64,000 bases of DNA from Alphaproteobacteria bacterium (lineage in GTDB: Bacteria > Pseudomonadota > Alphaproteobacteria > MPNO01 > UBA830), in the NCBI GenBank assembly GCA_965243135.1, contig OZ251539.1, positions 544,001 to 608,000 of the forward strand. The letters are read 5' to 3'. Below the pieces are notes generated by a model. The model was given only the letters and a program-made list of their open reading frames with translations, ran no database searches and was not told where the DNA came from. Shown piece by piece: positions 20,205 to 29,760 of this stretch. The position numbers and the translations under genes are program-made. Position 1 is the first letter of the stretch; every line of letters starts with the position of its first letter.

Positions 20205-21353
20205 CTAGCCGGACGCCGCCGGGACCGTCACGCGCAACCGGATCGCCGCGGGTCCGCGGGCGTCGCGGGCGGTCATCTCGACGTCGTAGTCTCCGGCCGC
20301 GGCCGCGGCCGGCACGGTCAGCGTGACCGGCCACGCGTCCCCGGAGCGCGCGCCGAGGGCGACAGTCCAGCCGGCGGGCAGGTCGGGCGGGTCGAGGACG
20401 ACGTCGTCGAGCGCTCGCCGCCGCTCGCCGCCGCGGGAGACGCGCAGGGAATAGGCATGGGCGGAATTCCGGTCGGGAACCGTCCAGGGGACGATCCCTG
20501 CCGGCAACGCGCCGCCCGTCCCCGACGTCCAGGCCGGCGCGTGCTCGATCGACACGCCCTCGATGCGCGCGGCCGCGGCCAGTGCCGCCGCCGCGACGGC
20601 GGCGGACGCGGCGCAGGCGCGGACCGCGCGGCGGCCGTCTTGGCGATAGCGCTCGACGACCCGCAGCGCGGCCGCCTGGTCGGCGTCGGCCGTCCTGGCC
20701 GGAGCCGCGTCGTCGCAGTCGAACAGGTAGCGGAGGCGCGCGGCGGCGGCCGCGTCGATCTCGCCTTCCGCGCGCTCGATCGCCTCTCGCAGCGGCAGCG
20801 AGGCGGTCGCCGGATCGGCCTGCGCCAGCCGGGCGTTCCACGCCGCCTCGACCCCGCCCGCGTCGACGAGCAGGCAGAACTCCTCGTTGTGGAGCACCCG
20901 CCGCGCCTCGATCGCGGCGTTTCCGGTCAGGACGTTTCCGCCGGCGTCGCGGATCGGCGCGCGGCCGGCGCAGCGCTCGATCAGATCCTCGATGTAGCCG
21001 CGCAGGTGGCCGTACGCGCTCCATGCGTCGAGGCGGCGCCGGGCCCACGCCTGGAGAAGCTCCCGGCGTTCCGCGCGGGAATGCAGCGGGATCGCGTCGC
21101 CGGGCGACGCCGAGGGAATCCGCAGCGTCGGCTTGTGGCCGTGGCCGCCGGCCAGCTCCGCGGCGGCGATTTGCAGGACCGCGTCGGCGTCGAAGAAACG
21201 TCCGCCGAGCGAGATCCCGCCGGCGAGATGGGCGTCCCGCAGCCGGGCCGCCTCGGCCAGCGCGGGCGGGCCGACCACGTCGGACACGTGGTTGCGGACG
21301 GCGAGGTCGAGGAACGCCCAGTCGGTGGTGGCTGCGATGAGTCGTCCGGTCAT
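20205..21353 (-). CDS. Hypothetical tail-region protein with C-terminal Ig-like domain
   Basis: RBS AAGGAG; LPAGWTV..LTVPAAAAAGDYDVEMTARD. Confidence 0.6.
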   Translation of the reverse strand: MTGRLIAATTDWAFLDLAVRNHVSDVVGPPALAEAARLRDAHLAGGISLGGRFFDADAVLQIAAAELAGGHGHKPTLRIPSASPGDAIPLHSRAERRELLQAWARRRLDAWSAYGHLRGYIEDLIERCAGRAPIRDAGGNVLTGNAAIEARRVLHNEEFCLLVDAGGVEAAWNARLAQADPATASLPLREAIERAEGEIDAAAAARLRYLFDCDDAAPARTADADQAAALRVVERYRQDGRRAVRACAASAAVAAAALAAAARIEGVSIEHAPAWTSGTGGALPAGIVPWTVPDRNSAHAYSLRVSRGGERRRALDDVVLDPPDLPAGWTVALGARSGDAWPVTLTVPAAAAAGDYDVEMTARDARGPAAIRLRVTVPAASG

Positions 21354-21393
21354 GTCTTCTCCTTTCTGTGCGAGATCCAGGTGCCGGCGCCGG

Positions 21394-23238
21394 TCATGCC
21401 ACCCCGTAGATGCGGATGACCTTGTCGCCGGCTCCGCTGCCGGAGAGCGCGTTGTCCACGGACAGTTTCGTGCCGGCGCCGGGGCGGACGGTCAACGAAA
21501 GCGTTTCGGCGGCGGCGGAGTGGTCGGACGCCGCGCCCGTGAACCGCCGCAGAAACGCATCGTTGTTCGACGCAGCGGGGATCGCCAGGCCGGACGGGAT
21601 CCGGAACCGGACCCGAGCCGTATACCCGCGACCGTCCGCGATGCCGCCGCCCACGAGCGGATATTCGCCGTCGAGCTCGAGCCAGGCGCCGCCGTTGTTG
21701 TTCTCGTTGATGAAGTCCCTCACGGCGTTAAAATCCGCCAGCGTCCCGTTGACCGTGTTCGTCAACGTCGCCAGCACGGTCTCGCGCGCCGTGGCGGACG
21801 CCGCGTCGGCGGGCGTGAACGTGACCCGAAGGTCGGCACCGATCGTGGCGCCGGTGCCGCCCGCCGCGCCCTCCCAATAGTGGTAGACCCCGACTTCGTG
21901 GTCGGAGTTGTGGACCAAGAGCACGCGATACGTGCCGACCAGCGTGTTCAGCGAGTAGAGCGGCTGCTCGAACACCGCCAGTCCCGCGAGGGACTCGGTC
22001 GAGCTGAAGACAAAGTCCCCGGCGTCCGCGAGAGCCGTGGCGAACGCGATGTTGCCGAGCTGGAGCTGCCTGTCTTCGTCGGTCTGATTCGCTTTCCCCT
22101 GCACAAACCCCATGTTCAGGTCGGACACCGGATCGACGGACAGCGACAGGGCGCAGTGAAATTCACCATGCGACTTGTCGGCGTTGTCCAAGTCGAACGC
22201 GGGGTCGAGATACGTCGGCGCGGCGGGCCGGACGCTGGTGTCCGTGCGGAGCAGCGTGAGGCCGGGAAATTCGTGATCCACGAGGTGCGTCCCCGGAACG
22301 TGGGGCAGCTTCGCCCGCGGCACCAGGTCCGCGGAGCCGCCCAACGCCCACGGCGCGACGTTGGTCAGTTTCGCCGGCGGAACCGGGTCCGCGTTTCCGG
22401 GCTGCGCCCACGGGGACACCGTCGTCTGGTTGCGGGCGTCCTGCGCCCACCGGCCGACGTTCGGCACGATGGCGAGCGGCTGCGTCTGCGCGTCGTCGGA
22501 CCACGCCGTGACGGAGAACGCGCCGGTCAGCGGCCGGTCGCGCCCGTCCGTGCTGTCGATCCCCGACTCGCCCGCTTTGCGTTGGTAGCCGTAGGTGGAG
22601 ACCGCGTCGCCCGCCGCGTAGCGCGACAGGCCGGTTTCGGCCCACAGGCCGCCGCTCGTCTGGACCAGGATCCAGATCGTGGCCGGCGGCGCGCCGCCGA
22701 GGGCGGCCTTGCTGAAATTCGCCCGGACGACCTCCGGATCCTCGCGCCAAGAGAACGTCGCGTCGCCGATGAGGCCGTTCCCGAGGTCGCCGATCGTCCC
22801 GTGGTAGACGTGCCGGTCGACCCCGGCCGCGAGCAGCTCGTACAACACGCCCCGCAGATTGACGATGTCGCCGACGTTGCGGGTCGCGACGTCCGGCAGC
22901 GCCTGGATGGCGTCGAGGTGGTCCGCCGAGAAGCCGCCGGCCCCGCCGAGCTGCGCGATCGTCGCGCGCTTGACGCCGCCCGCCGTCAGCACCGGGACGG
23001 TGGCCGCCGCCAGCGCCGCCACGTCGACGCCGGCGACGCCGCGCAGCGCCTCGTACACCTGCGCGTCGGTCGGCTGCGCGCGCGACAAGAGGGCATCGAG
23101 CGAGGTCCGCTGCGGCGCGATGGCGCGGGCCTCGGCGTCCCCCAGCACACCCGGCGCGAAGAGCGGAATCGTCGAGGTCAGATCGATCGCGTCCGCCTGC
23201 AGCACGGCAAGATCGTTGATATCCCAGAAATCAGGCAT
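21394..23238 (-). CDS. Putative tail fibre / receptor-binding protein
   Basis: 614 aa, beta-rich, internal repeat PWA..G.AD.VP.AKL; lies in the tail operon. Confidence 0.55.
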   Translation of the reverse strand: MPDFWDINDLAVLQADAIDLTSTIPLFAPGVLGDAEARAIAPQRTSLDALLSRAQPTDAQVYEALRGVAGVDVAALAAATVPVLTAGGVKRATIAQLGGAGGFSADHLDAIQALPDVATRNVGDIVNLRGVLYELLAAGVDRHVYHGTIGDLGNGLIGDATFSWREDPEVVRANFSKAALGGAPPATIWILVQTSGGLWAETGLSRYAAGDAVSTYGYQRKAGESGIDSTDGRDRPLTGAFSVTAWSDDAQTQPLAIVPNVGRWAQDARNQTTVSPWAQPGNADPVPPAKLTNVAPWALGGSADLVPRAKLPHVPGTHLVDHEFPGLTLLRTDTSVRPAAPTYLDPAFDLDNADKSHGEFHCALSLSVDPVSDLNMGFVQGKANQTDEDRQLQLGNIAFATALADAGDFVFSSTESLAGLAVFEQPLYSLNTLVGTYRVLLVHNSDHEVGVYHYWEGAAGGTGATIGADLRVTFTPADAASATARETVLATLTNTVNGTLADFNAVRDFINENNNGGAWLELDGEYPLVGGGIADGRGYTARVRFRIPSGLAIPAASNNDAFLRRFTGAASDHSAAAETLSLTVRPGAGTKLSVDNALSGSGAGDKVIRIYGVA

Positions 23239-24466
23239 CGGGCGCTTCCGGCGCGAGGCTCAACACGGTATCGACCTCCCCGGCCCGCGCCGCCTCGGCC
23301 GCCGCCCACGCCAGCGCCTGGGCGGCGTTGGCGGGCCGCCAGTAATACGGATCGTCGTCGTCGGTCGTCCGCGTGCCGGGCGCGCCCGGGCCGCGCACGA
23401 GCAGCGGATCGCCGCCGTCGCGCGGGACCAGCGCGATCACCAGCCGGCGTTCGATCTCGTCCGTCAGCGACGGGCCGGGCGGATTTCTGCCCGGGTTCTC
23501 GTCGCTCGTGATCCGGATGGAGAGCAGATCGGGACGCCCGCCCCTGATGGAGAAATCGGCGAACCGAGCGTTCGTCTCCCGCGGCGGCGCCTGCCAGTCC
23601 GCGGGGATCGCCGCGTTCACCCGGGAAACCACGTCCGGGTTGCCGTTTTTTACCGTCAGCTGGGCGCGCAACGCCAACTCGAACCGCCCGCCCCAGACCG
23701 CCTCGCGGCGGCCCCACGCCAGCGGCAGGCCGCCCCACGCGGTCTGGCCGGTGCCCGCGACGCCGATGCGCACGGTCGCGCTGCCGCGGCGTCCGGCGGC
23801 GTCGACGGCCGCGAGCTCGTAGTCGGCGGCGGGCGCCGGCAGCGCCGGCGTCCCGCCGATCCATGGGCCGCCGAGCGTCAGGCCCGCCGGCAGGGCCGGA
23901 GAGATCGAATAGTGCGCGCCCTCCTCGCCGACGGGCGCCGGCAGGCCCCACGGGGCGTTCTCCGCTCCTGCCTCGAAGATCATCCCGCGGTTTCCGGGCT
24001 CGAACTCCAGATCCCGGGAGAAGACATAGCCGCCCCAGCAGATGGGGAGGGCCGCCCAGCGGACGGGGAGGCCGCCCCACGCCAGGCAGGCCTCGTCCTC
24101 GGTCTCCAGGCTCTCCAGCGTCAGCCGCGCCTCCCAGCGGCGCCGCCCGCCGCGGACGACGGCGCGGCATTCGACGCCGGCGCGCCCGCCGACGATGCGG
24201 CATTCCCTGGACTCGCCGTCGGGCGCGTCGGCCAGCAAGATCGGATCGCCCTCGGCGGCGCGGTCGAAGGCCCACGTCCGGAAGCGCTCGAGGTCGGCGT
24301 CGGAATCGAGGAGCGCCGTCACCGTCCTGACGCGGACGTCGAGGCCGCCGGTCCGCCGCTGCGCGGCCAGGCCGTCGTCGAACGGCCGGCGCGCGACGGC
24401 CGCGCGCCACGACAGCGCGTAGCGGTCCGCGGCGAGCGGCGCGTAGTCCGGCCAGGCGGCGGTCAC
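23231..24466 (-). CDS. Distal-tail-like domain fused to putative Ig-like domain
   Basis: GTG overlaps upstream stop; N-terminus resembles 24463-24822; YSISPALPAGLTL..IGGTP motif. Confidence 0.6.
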   Translation of the reverse strand: MTAAWPDYAPLAADRYALSWRAAVARRPFDDGLAAQRRTGGLDVRVRTVTALLDSDADLERFRTWAFDRAAEGDPILLADAPDGESRECRIVGGRAGVECRAVVRGGRRRWEARLTLESLETEDEACLAWGGLPVRWAALPICWGGYVFSRDLEFEPGNRGMIFEAGAENAPWGLPAPVGEEGAHYSISPALPAGLTLGGPWIGGTPALPAPAADYELAAVDAAGRRGSATVRIGVAGTGQTAWGGLPLAWGRREAVWGGRFELALRAQLTVKNGNPDVVSRVNAAIPADWQAPPRETNARFADFSIRGGRPDLLSIRITSDENPGRNPPGPSLTDEIERRLVIALVPRDGGDPLLVRGPGAPGTRTTDDDDPYYWRPANAAQALAWAAAEAARAGEVDTVLSLAPEAPDA

Positions 24467-24822
24467 GCCGGCCCCTCCAGCTGCGCCCGGCCGTCCCAGG
24501 CGCGCCCGCCGTCGGGCCGGACGCGGGCGGTCAGGCGGACCCCTCCCAGGCCGTTCCGGACGCGGGCGCGGCGCGTCACGCCGTCGGAGGGGTCGGTCCA
24601 GTCGAACAACCTGTGGCAGTGCCGACGCGCCCACATGAGCCAGTCGTGCGCGGCGAGATCGTCGGCGCAACGGAACCGGATCGTGCGCTCGCGCATCGGC
24701 GCGGTCGCCCGGTCGGCCTGGCGCGGCCAGACGCCGACGTCGCCGCGCTCCGCCTCCGGAGACGATCCCTCGCGGTAGCCGTCCGCGACGATCGGGGCGG
24801 CGTCGCCCGGCCAGGCCGTCAC
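24463..24822 (-). CDS. Distal tail (Dit/gpM-like) protein
   Basis: Directly after tape measure; FDWTDP..RRAR motif. Confidence 0.65.
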   Translation of the reverse strand: MTAWPGDAAPIVADGYREGSSPEAERGDVGVWPRQADRATAPMRERTIRFRCADDLAAHDWLMWARRHCHRLFDWTDPSDGVTRRARVRNGLGGVRLTARVRPDGGRAWDGRAQLEGPA

Positions 24823-26897
24823 GCCAGCACCCCCGCGCCGTGCAGCTGGCGCGAGATCGGGCCGCCGTCGCGGAGATCCCGCAGCACCACGTCGGCGACG
24901 TAGCGGTCCCCGTCGAAGCGGATCGGCCCGGGCTGCGCTTCGATCGGCCGCGAAGTTTCGTTGTTGAGGTTGATGGAGACGCTCGCGCCGGCGGGCGAGG
25001 CGCCCTTCGGCAGGATCCTCTCTCCGACCTGCGCGACGATCACGCGCTCGTCCGCGCCGACGATCCCGCCGGCATGGTAACGCGGCATCCTGCCCGCGAG
25101 GTACTGCGCCGCGACGGACTCCAACGGCAGCCGTCTCCGGACGCCGCCCGGCGCACCCACGACGCCGCCCGCGTGCTGGACGCCGAAATCCCCGAAGCCG
25201 AGCGGCCCCTGCCGTCCGCCGGGGCCGCCGAAGAGCGATCCGATCGCGCCTTGCAGGCCCGCCGCCAGAGGCCCGGTTATATGCTGCCGGACCGCGATCC
25301 GCGCGAGGTCGGAGATGATCGAATTCGCCAGGTTTCGAAATTCGATCTTGCCGCGGACCGCGAAATCCGCCAGCGCGTCCTCCATCGACCGCAGCGAAGA
25401 CAGCGTCGCGTCCTCGATCCCGGCCTGGAGGTCCTGCGCTTCCGCTGCGTACTCCTCGAGGAGCGTCAACCGCCGCTCCTTGCCCCGCTTGTCGGCGTCC
25501 GCGGCGGACGGCGAGAACGGTCCCGGCTTCCTGCCCCGCGTCATGTCGACGCGCAATCCATCGCCGGTTTGCAAATTCGCAATTTCTTCCAGTTCGTCAG
25601 CGGCATCCAGCGCATCCAAGTCTCTCAATTCGCCGTTGATCGTACCGAGTTCGGCGCGCAGATTTTTCATGTTGTCCGCCAATGCCACGATCCGGCCCCG
25701 GTACGCCTCGAGCAGATGTTCCGTACCCGGCTGCCGGATCCGAGAGTCGATCTCCTTCGCCTCCTCCTTTATCCGCTCCATTTCCGCCCGCACGCCCGAT
25801 AGCCGCCGCTGCAGCTCTTGCCGCTGCCGCTCGCGGATCTGGACAGCGGAGCCGGCCCCGAAGATGTCGCCTCCGAAGAACGCCCCGGCGGCGGCGCCGA
25901 TCAGGCCGCCGGCCGCCGCGCCCTTCGGGCCTGCGATCCCGCCGACGCGCATGCCGGCATAGCCCCCGAAAATCGCGCCGGCCAGCCGCGGGTTCTCCGC
26001 AGCCCACTTCGAGATATCGCGCAACGCCTCGAGGGCCGCCTTAATTCCCCACGCCAGCCCGGCGGCGAGATCGCGCGCGGCCGCCTTCGTTTTGGGGTCC
26101 TGCAAGAAGACGACCAGGTCCTCGATGGCCTCTCGCAGCTCGCGCGTGTCGTCGGCCTGCGCCTCGAACAGGTCGCCGAAAGCGTTTTTCGCCGCGTCGA
26201 CCGCTCCGCCCAGGGTGTCGCGGATCGCGCGGGCCGTGCCCTGCACCTGTCCTTCGAGCACCTCGAGGATCCGCACCATCGCCTGGGCGCGATCGCCCGA
26301 TTCCACCAAAGCCCGGATCTGGTCCTTCTGCGATTCGGTGAACGTCGTGCCGGACCGCGAGAGCGCGGTCAGTCCCCGTTCAGGATCTTCGAGCGCCTTG
26401 GCCAGCTGGAGCGCCGCCGACCGCAGGTCGATGTCCATGGCCGCGGCCAGATCCTGCACCGCTTCGGTCACGCGGCGGAACAACGCCGGGCTCTGCCCGG
26501 CGATCGACCTGAACGTCAGGAGCAGGGACTGCATCTCGAGAGTGGCCTCGTCGCCGAACGTCGTGACGTCCTGCAGTTGCGCGGCCATCCGGGCGAGCCC
26601 GGGCGTCGTCAGCTTCGTCGCCGCGCCGAGAGACCTGATCCGCGCGTCGACTCGCGCCAGCGCCCGTTCCTGGGCGAACACCGCCTTCGACAGCCGGTTG
26701 ATTCCGAGCCCGGCGCCGACGATGGCGGTCGTCCACAGTGCCCAGCGCCGCATGGCCACGCCCGCCCTGCGAAGCGCCTCGCGCGCCTGCCGGGCGGCGC
26801 GGCGGACATGTCCGAGTCCGTCGCCGAGCCGCCGAAGCCCGCGGTAGGCGGCGGCGACGTCCGCGCGGATACGCAGCGTCAGTTCGCGGTCAATCAT
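24819..26897 (-). CDS. Tail tape measure protein
   Basis: 692-aa Ala-rich helical protein, LAKALEDP, lambda-type C-terminal FRNLANSIISDLARI, HAGG. Confidence 0.9.
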   Translation of the reverse strand: MIDRELTLRIRADVAAAYRGLRRLGDGLGHVRRAARQAREALRRAGVAMRRWALWTTAIVGAGLGINRLSKAVFAQERALARVDARIRSLGAATKLTTPGLARMAAQLQDVTTFGDEATLEMQSLLLTFRSIAGQSPALFRRVTEAVQDLAAAMDIDLRSAALQLAKALEDPERGLTALSRSGTTFTESQKDQIRALVESGDRAQAMVRILEVLEGQVQGTARAIRDTLGGAVDAAKNAFGDLFEAQADDTRELREAIEDLVVFLQDPKTKAAARDLAAGLAWGIKAALEALRDISKWAAENPRLAGAIFGGYAGMRVGGIAGPKGAAAGGLIGAAAGAFFGGDIFGAGSAVQIRERQRQELQRRLSGVRAEMERIKEEAKEIDSRIRQPGTEHLLEAYRGRIVALADNMKNLRAELGTINGELRDLDALDAADELEEIANLQTGDGLRVDMTRGRKPGPFSPSAADADKRGKERRLTLLEEYAAEAQDLQAGIEDATLSSLRSMEDALADFAVRGKIEFRNLANSIISDLARIAVRQHITGPLAAGLQGAIGSLFGGPGGRQGPLGFGDFGVQHAGGVVGAPGGVRRRLPLESVAAQYLAGRMPRYHAGGIVGADERVIVAQVGERILPKGASPAGASVSINLNNETSRPIEAQPGPIRFDGDRYVADVVLRDLRDGGPISRQLHGAGVLA

Positions 26898-27458
26898 TTT
26901 CCGCCTCCCGCCCGTAGCGCCAGAACAGGAGCATTTGCTCCCACGTCAATCGCCCGCAGACGTCGTCGTGGCGGCCGTGCCCGTATCTGACGAGGTCGGC
27001 GACGATTCTTCCGAGCTCGACCGGGCGTCCCGAAGCGCGTCCAGGACGCGGCGAGTAAAAAAACGGGAATTCGCCGCCCAGACGCCGTTCGAAACCGCGA
27101 TGCCGGAGACCTCGTCGAGACGGCCGATCCACGCGGCGTCGCGCCCCGTCGAGGCGGCGCAGACGTCGATCCACAGATCGGCGTGGGCGGCCATCGCGCC
27201 TTCGATGGCGTCCACCCGGATTCGTCCGCCGCGGCCGGCGCAGTCCGCCAGCTCGGCGATCAGCGGCGCAGCCGTGCGCCCCACGTCGAGGGACTCCCGG
27301 AACCGGAACGCCCTGCACAGGATCTCGACCTTCTCGCCCGAATCCGGATCCCGGACGGCGACGGCCCGGTCCGGAAACAGGATCGCAATCTCGTCCGCGG
27401 GGTCCGGCGCGTCGGCCGCCTCGACCGCCGCCTCGAGGGACTCGGACGCCGCCATCAC
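26890..27458 (-). CDS. Tail assembly chaperone G (stop 26946) and GT (stop 26890) via -1 frameshift
   Basis: Between tube and tape measure; slippery T TTT TTT at 27057-27063; -1 frame ORF overlaps the tape measure start. Confidence 0.75.
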
Positions 27459-28291
27459 GCGCTCTCGCGGATCAGGACCTGCGGATGGTCGCCGTGCGTC
27501 AGGATCGACGCGGTCAGGCCGATCCGCTGCTCCTGGTTGCGCCCGTCCTTCAGATCCACCGCGCCGTCGGGGCCGATCGAGGCGCGGCGGATGTAGATGT
27601 CGCGGCCTGCGGACGTCGGCGCGTTCTCGAGGTAGCGGATGGCGGCGTAGACGTTGGCGTCGGCGCCCGACCGGACGTAAGCGTAGTCGTCGTCGTCGGC
27701 CACGGTGTAGAACACCTTGACGTCGGTCGCGGCCGCGATCCCGCCGGCGACGCCGGGCGCGACGAAGAGCCTGCCGCGCTCGAGGTCGAACCCGAACTGC
27801 CCGGCGGCGTATTCGCCCCCTCCGGCGTCCGGCTCGACCTTGAGCGCGCGGCCGGCGCCGGGGGCGTTCGCGCCGCCGGCCGCCGCGACGCGGCCGAACC
27901 CGAGCGGGCGGTCCGCCGACACGCCGAGCTGGTAGCTCCTGCCGGGCAGGACGGTGATCGTCTCGCCGGCCGCCGGCGCGTCGCCAGCGGCGACCGCCTG
28001 GGTCGCCGTTTCGCCGCCCAGGAAGACCGCCCAGTTGTCCAGGGACATGTCGAGAAGCACCATGGAGAACGAGCGGTCGATCGTGCGCTGGATGTCGACG
28101 ATCTTCTGCGCGGTCGGGCCGTCCGGATCGAACACCTCGGTGCGCTCCGACGCCACCGCGATCGCCGCCGAGACCGCGCCGCCGAGATACCGCTCCCCCT
28201 GCGTGCTCCCCGCCTCGTCCAGCACGTCGAGGTACACCTCGCCCGCGCCGATCACCGTCCTGTTGACGTGGGCCTTCTTCGCTGCCGTCAT
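27455..28291 (-). CDS. Major tail tube protein
   Basis: IGAGEVY..GERYLG N-terminus; position before chaperone and tape measure. Confidence 0.75.
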   Translation of the reverse strand: MTAAKKAHVNRTVIGAGEVYLDVLDEAGSTQGERYLGGAVSAAIAVASERTEVFDPDGPTAQKIVDIQRTIDRSFSMVLLDMSLDNWAVFLGGETATQAVAAGDAPAAGETITVLPGRSYQLGVSADRPLGFGRVAAAGGANAPGAGRALKVEPDAGGGEYAAGQFGFDLERGRLFVAPGVAGGIAAATDVKVFYTVADDDDYAYVRSGADANVYAAIRYLENAPTSAGRDIYIRRASIGPDGAVDLKDGRNQEQRIGLTASILTHGDHPQVLIRESA

Positions 28292-28301
28292 CGCTGCTCT
28301 C

Positions 28302-28763
28302 CTACGCCCGCCCGCCGGCGGCCGTCTCCAGGGTTTCCGCGGCGAGGCCGCACCGCGCGCGGTGCGCGAGGACGCCGCCGAACGACACGTTGTCGATGTC
28401 GGCGCGGAACGCCCAGGGCGCCGTCAGGGCGCGCCCGCGCCAGTCGTCGGCGCGGAACGCCCGCGCCAACGCGTCGAGCGACTGCTCGAACGCCGTCTGC
28501 GACTCGCCGCCGTCGTCGAGCGCCCGGTACAGCGTCAGCCGCCAGAGCCACTCGACGCGCCAGAGGCCGTCGTCGAGCGCCCGCTCCGAGCGCGATTCGA
28601 GCGCGACGTAGCCGCCCTTCAGGCGGCCGTCGCGCACGTAACGGGACACGAGGTCCTTCGTCGAGGCCGCGTAGCGCTCGCGCCCGTGGACGGTCCCGAC
28701 GTCCGGGGGCGGCGACCCGGCGGCGGCGATCGCGACGATCGCGGCGCGCAGCTCCGCGGTCAC
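28302..28763 (-). CDS. Tail completion/terminator protein
   Basis: Position, size, VGTVHGRERYA and FGGVLAHRA. Confidence 0.55.
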   Translation of the reverse strand: MTAELRAAIVAIAAAGSPPPDVGTVHGRERYAASTKDLVSRYVRDGRLKGGYVALESRSERALDDGLWRVEWLWRLTLYRALDDGGESQTAFEQSLDALARAFRADDWRGRALTAPWAFRADIDNVSFGGVLAHRARCGLAAETLETAAGGRA

Positions 28764-29269
28764 GCCCGCGCCCCGGCGAGCCGTTCGGCGACGCGGCCGA
28801 CGGCCGCGGACATGAAGCGCTCGACCTGCGGCCGGGCGGCCTCGGCGCCGTCGCGGAACATGAAGGCGCCTTCGGTGCCGCGCGCGGCGATCTTGCGCGC
28901 GATCAGGTAGGCGACGGATCCTGCCCGGTCGGCGGGAACGCCCAGCTTGTAGCGCGCCCAGTCGGCGATCGGCGCGACCGGCGGGAAGTGCGGCTTCGTC
29001 CCGAGCTCCACCGGGATCGCGTGCGCGATCGAGGTCGAGACCGCGGCGCTCACGGACGCGCCGTCGATCCGCGGCGGGCGCGCCGAGATCGATCCGGCCA
29101 GCGCGCTGGTCACGCCGCGCGGCGTCCGCTCCTTGATCTCGCGCTCGGCGAGCAGGGCGCCTTCGGCGCAGGCCCGCGCCAGCTCCTCGGCCACGACGTC
29201 CGGCGCGTCGCGCCAGGCGCGGCGCAGGGTCTCCAGCTCGGAGACGTCGAGGCGGAGCCCGTCGGTCAC
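28760..29269 (-). CDS. HK97 gp10-like neck protein
   Basis: ERTPRG..LAGSI, AIPVELGTKPHFPP, IARKIAARGT. Confidence 0.7.
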   Translation of the reverse strand: MTDGLRLDVSELETLRRAWRDAPDVVAEELARACAEGALLAEREIKERTPRGVTSALAGSISARPPRIDGASVSAAVSTSIAHAIPVELGTKPHFPPVAPIADWARYKLGVPADRAGSVAYLIARKIAARGTEGAFMFRDGAEAARPQVERFMSAAVGRVAERLAGARA

Positions 29270-29760
29270 GGCGAGAGCCTGCCGTGCGTCAGCGGCTCCC
29301 GGCGGCTCGCCTGGCGGCCGGGATTGACCACGGCGGCGGCGGCGGCGGCGCGGCTCGGGCGCGCCACCCCCATCTCCTCGCGCCACCGGTCGCGGTGGTG
29401 GTTGGACAGCCGCCGGTAGCGGTCGGCCGCCGACTGCCAGTCGACGGAGTCGGCGCCGATCGTCGGTTCGGTGGCATTCGCGTACGCGCCCGCCAGCTGC
29501 TCGTAGAGCGACGCGGCGGCCAGCGCGCAGACCGCTTCGCGGTCCGAGGCCGGAATGGTGTCGGCGGAGACGGGCGGGACCGCGTCGGGATCGGCCAGCC
29601 GGTGCGGCGGGACGGCGCCGCCGACGGCCGCGCGCGGACGGAGCGCGGCGTAGGCGAGCACCGCCCGGTCGAGCGCGTCGTCGCGCTGGGCGGCGTCGAT
29701 CCGGTCGGCGTCGTCCCGGACCAGCGAGTCGATCAGCGACGCGTAGTCGGCCCGCGGCAT
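29266..29760 (-). CDS. Head-tail adaptor protein
   Basis: ATG overlaps capsid stop; helical 164-aa protein. Confidence 0.55.
   Translation of the reverse strand: MPRADYASLIDSLVRDDADRIDAAQRDDALDRAVLAYAALRPRAAVGGAVPPHRLADPDAVPPVSADTIPASDREAVCALAAASLYEQLAGAYANATEPTIGADSVDWQSAADRYRRLSNHHRDRWREEMGVARPSRAAAAAAVVNPGRQASRREPLTHGRLSP

Noticed and set aside
14752-24466. Diversity-generating retroelement or Gin-type invertible fibre cassette
   Set aside because: No reverse transcriptase, serine invertase, template/variable repeat pair or flanking inverted repeats seen
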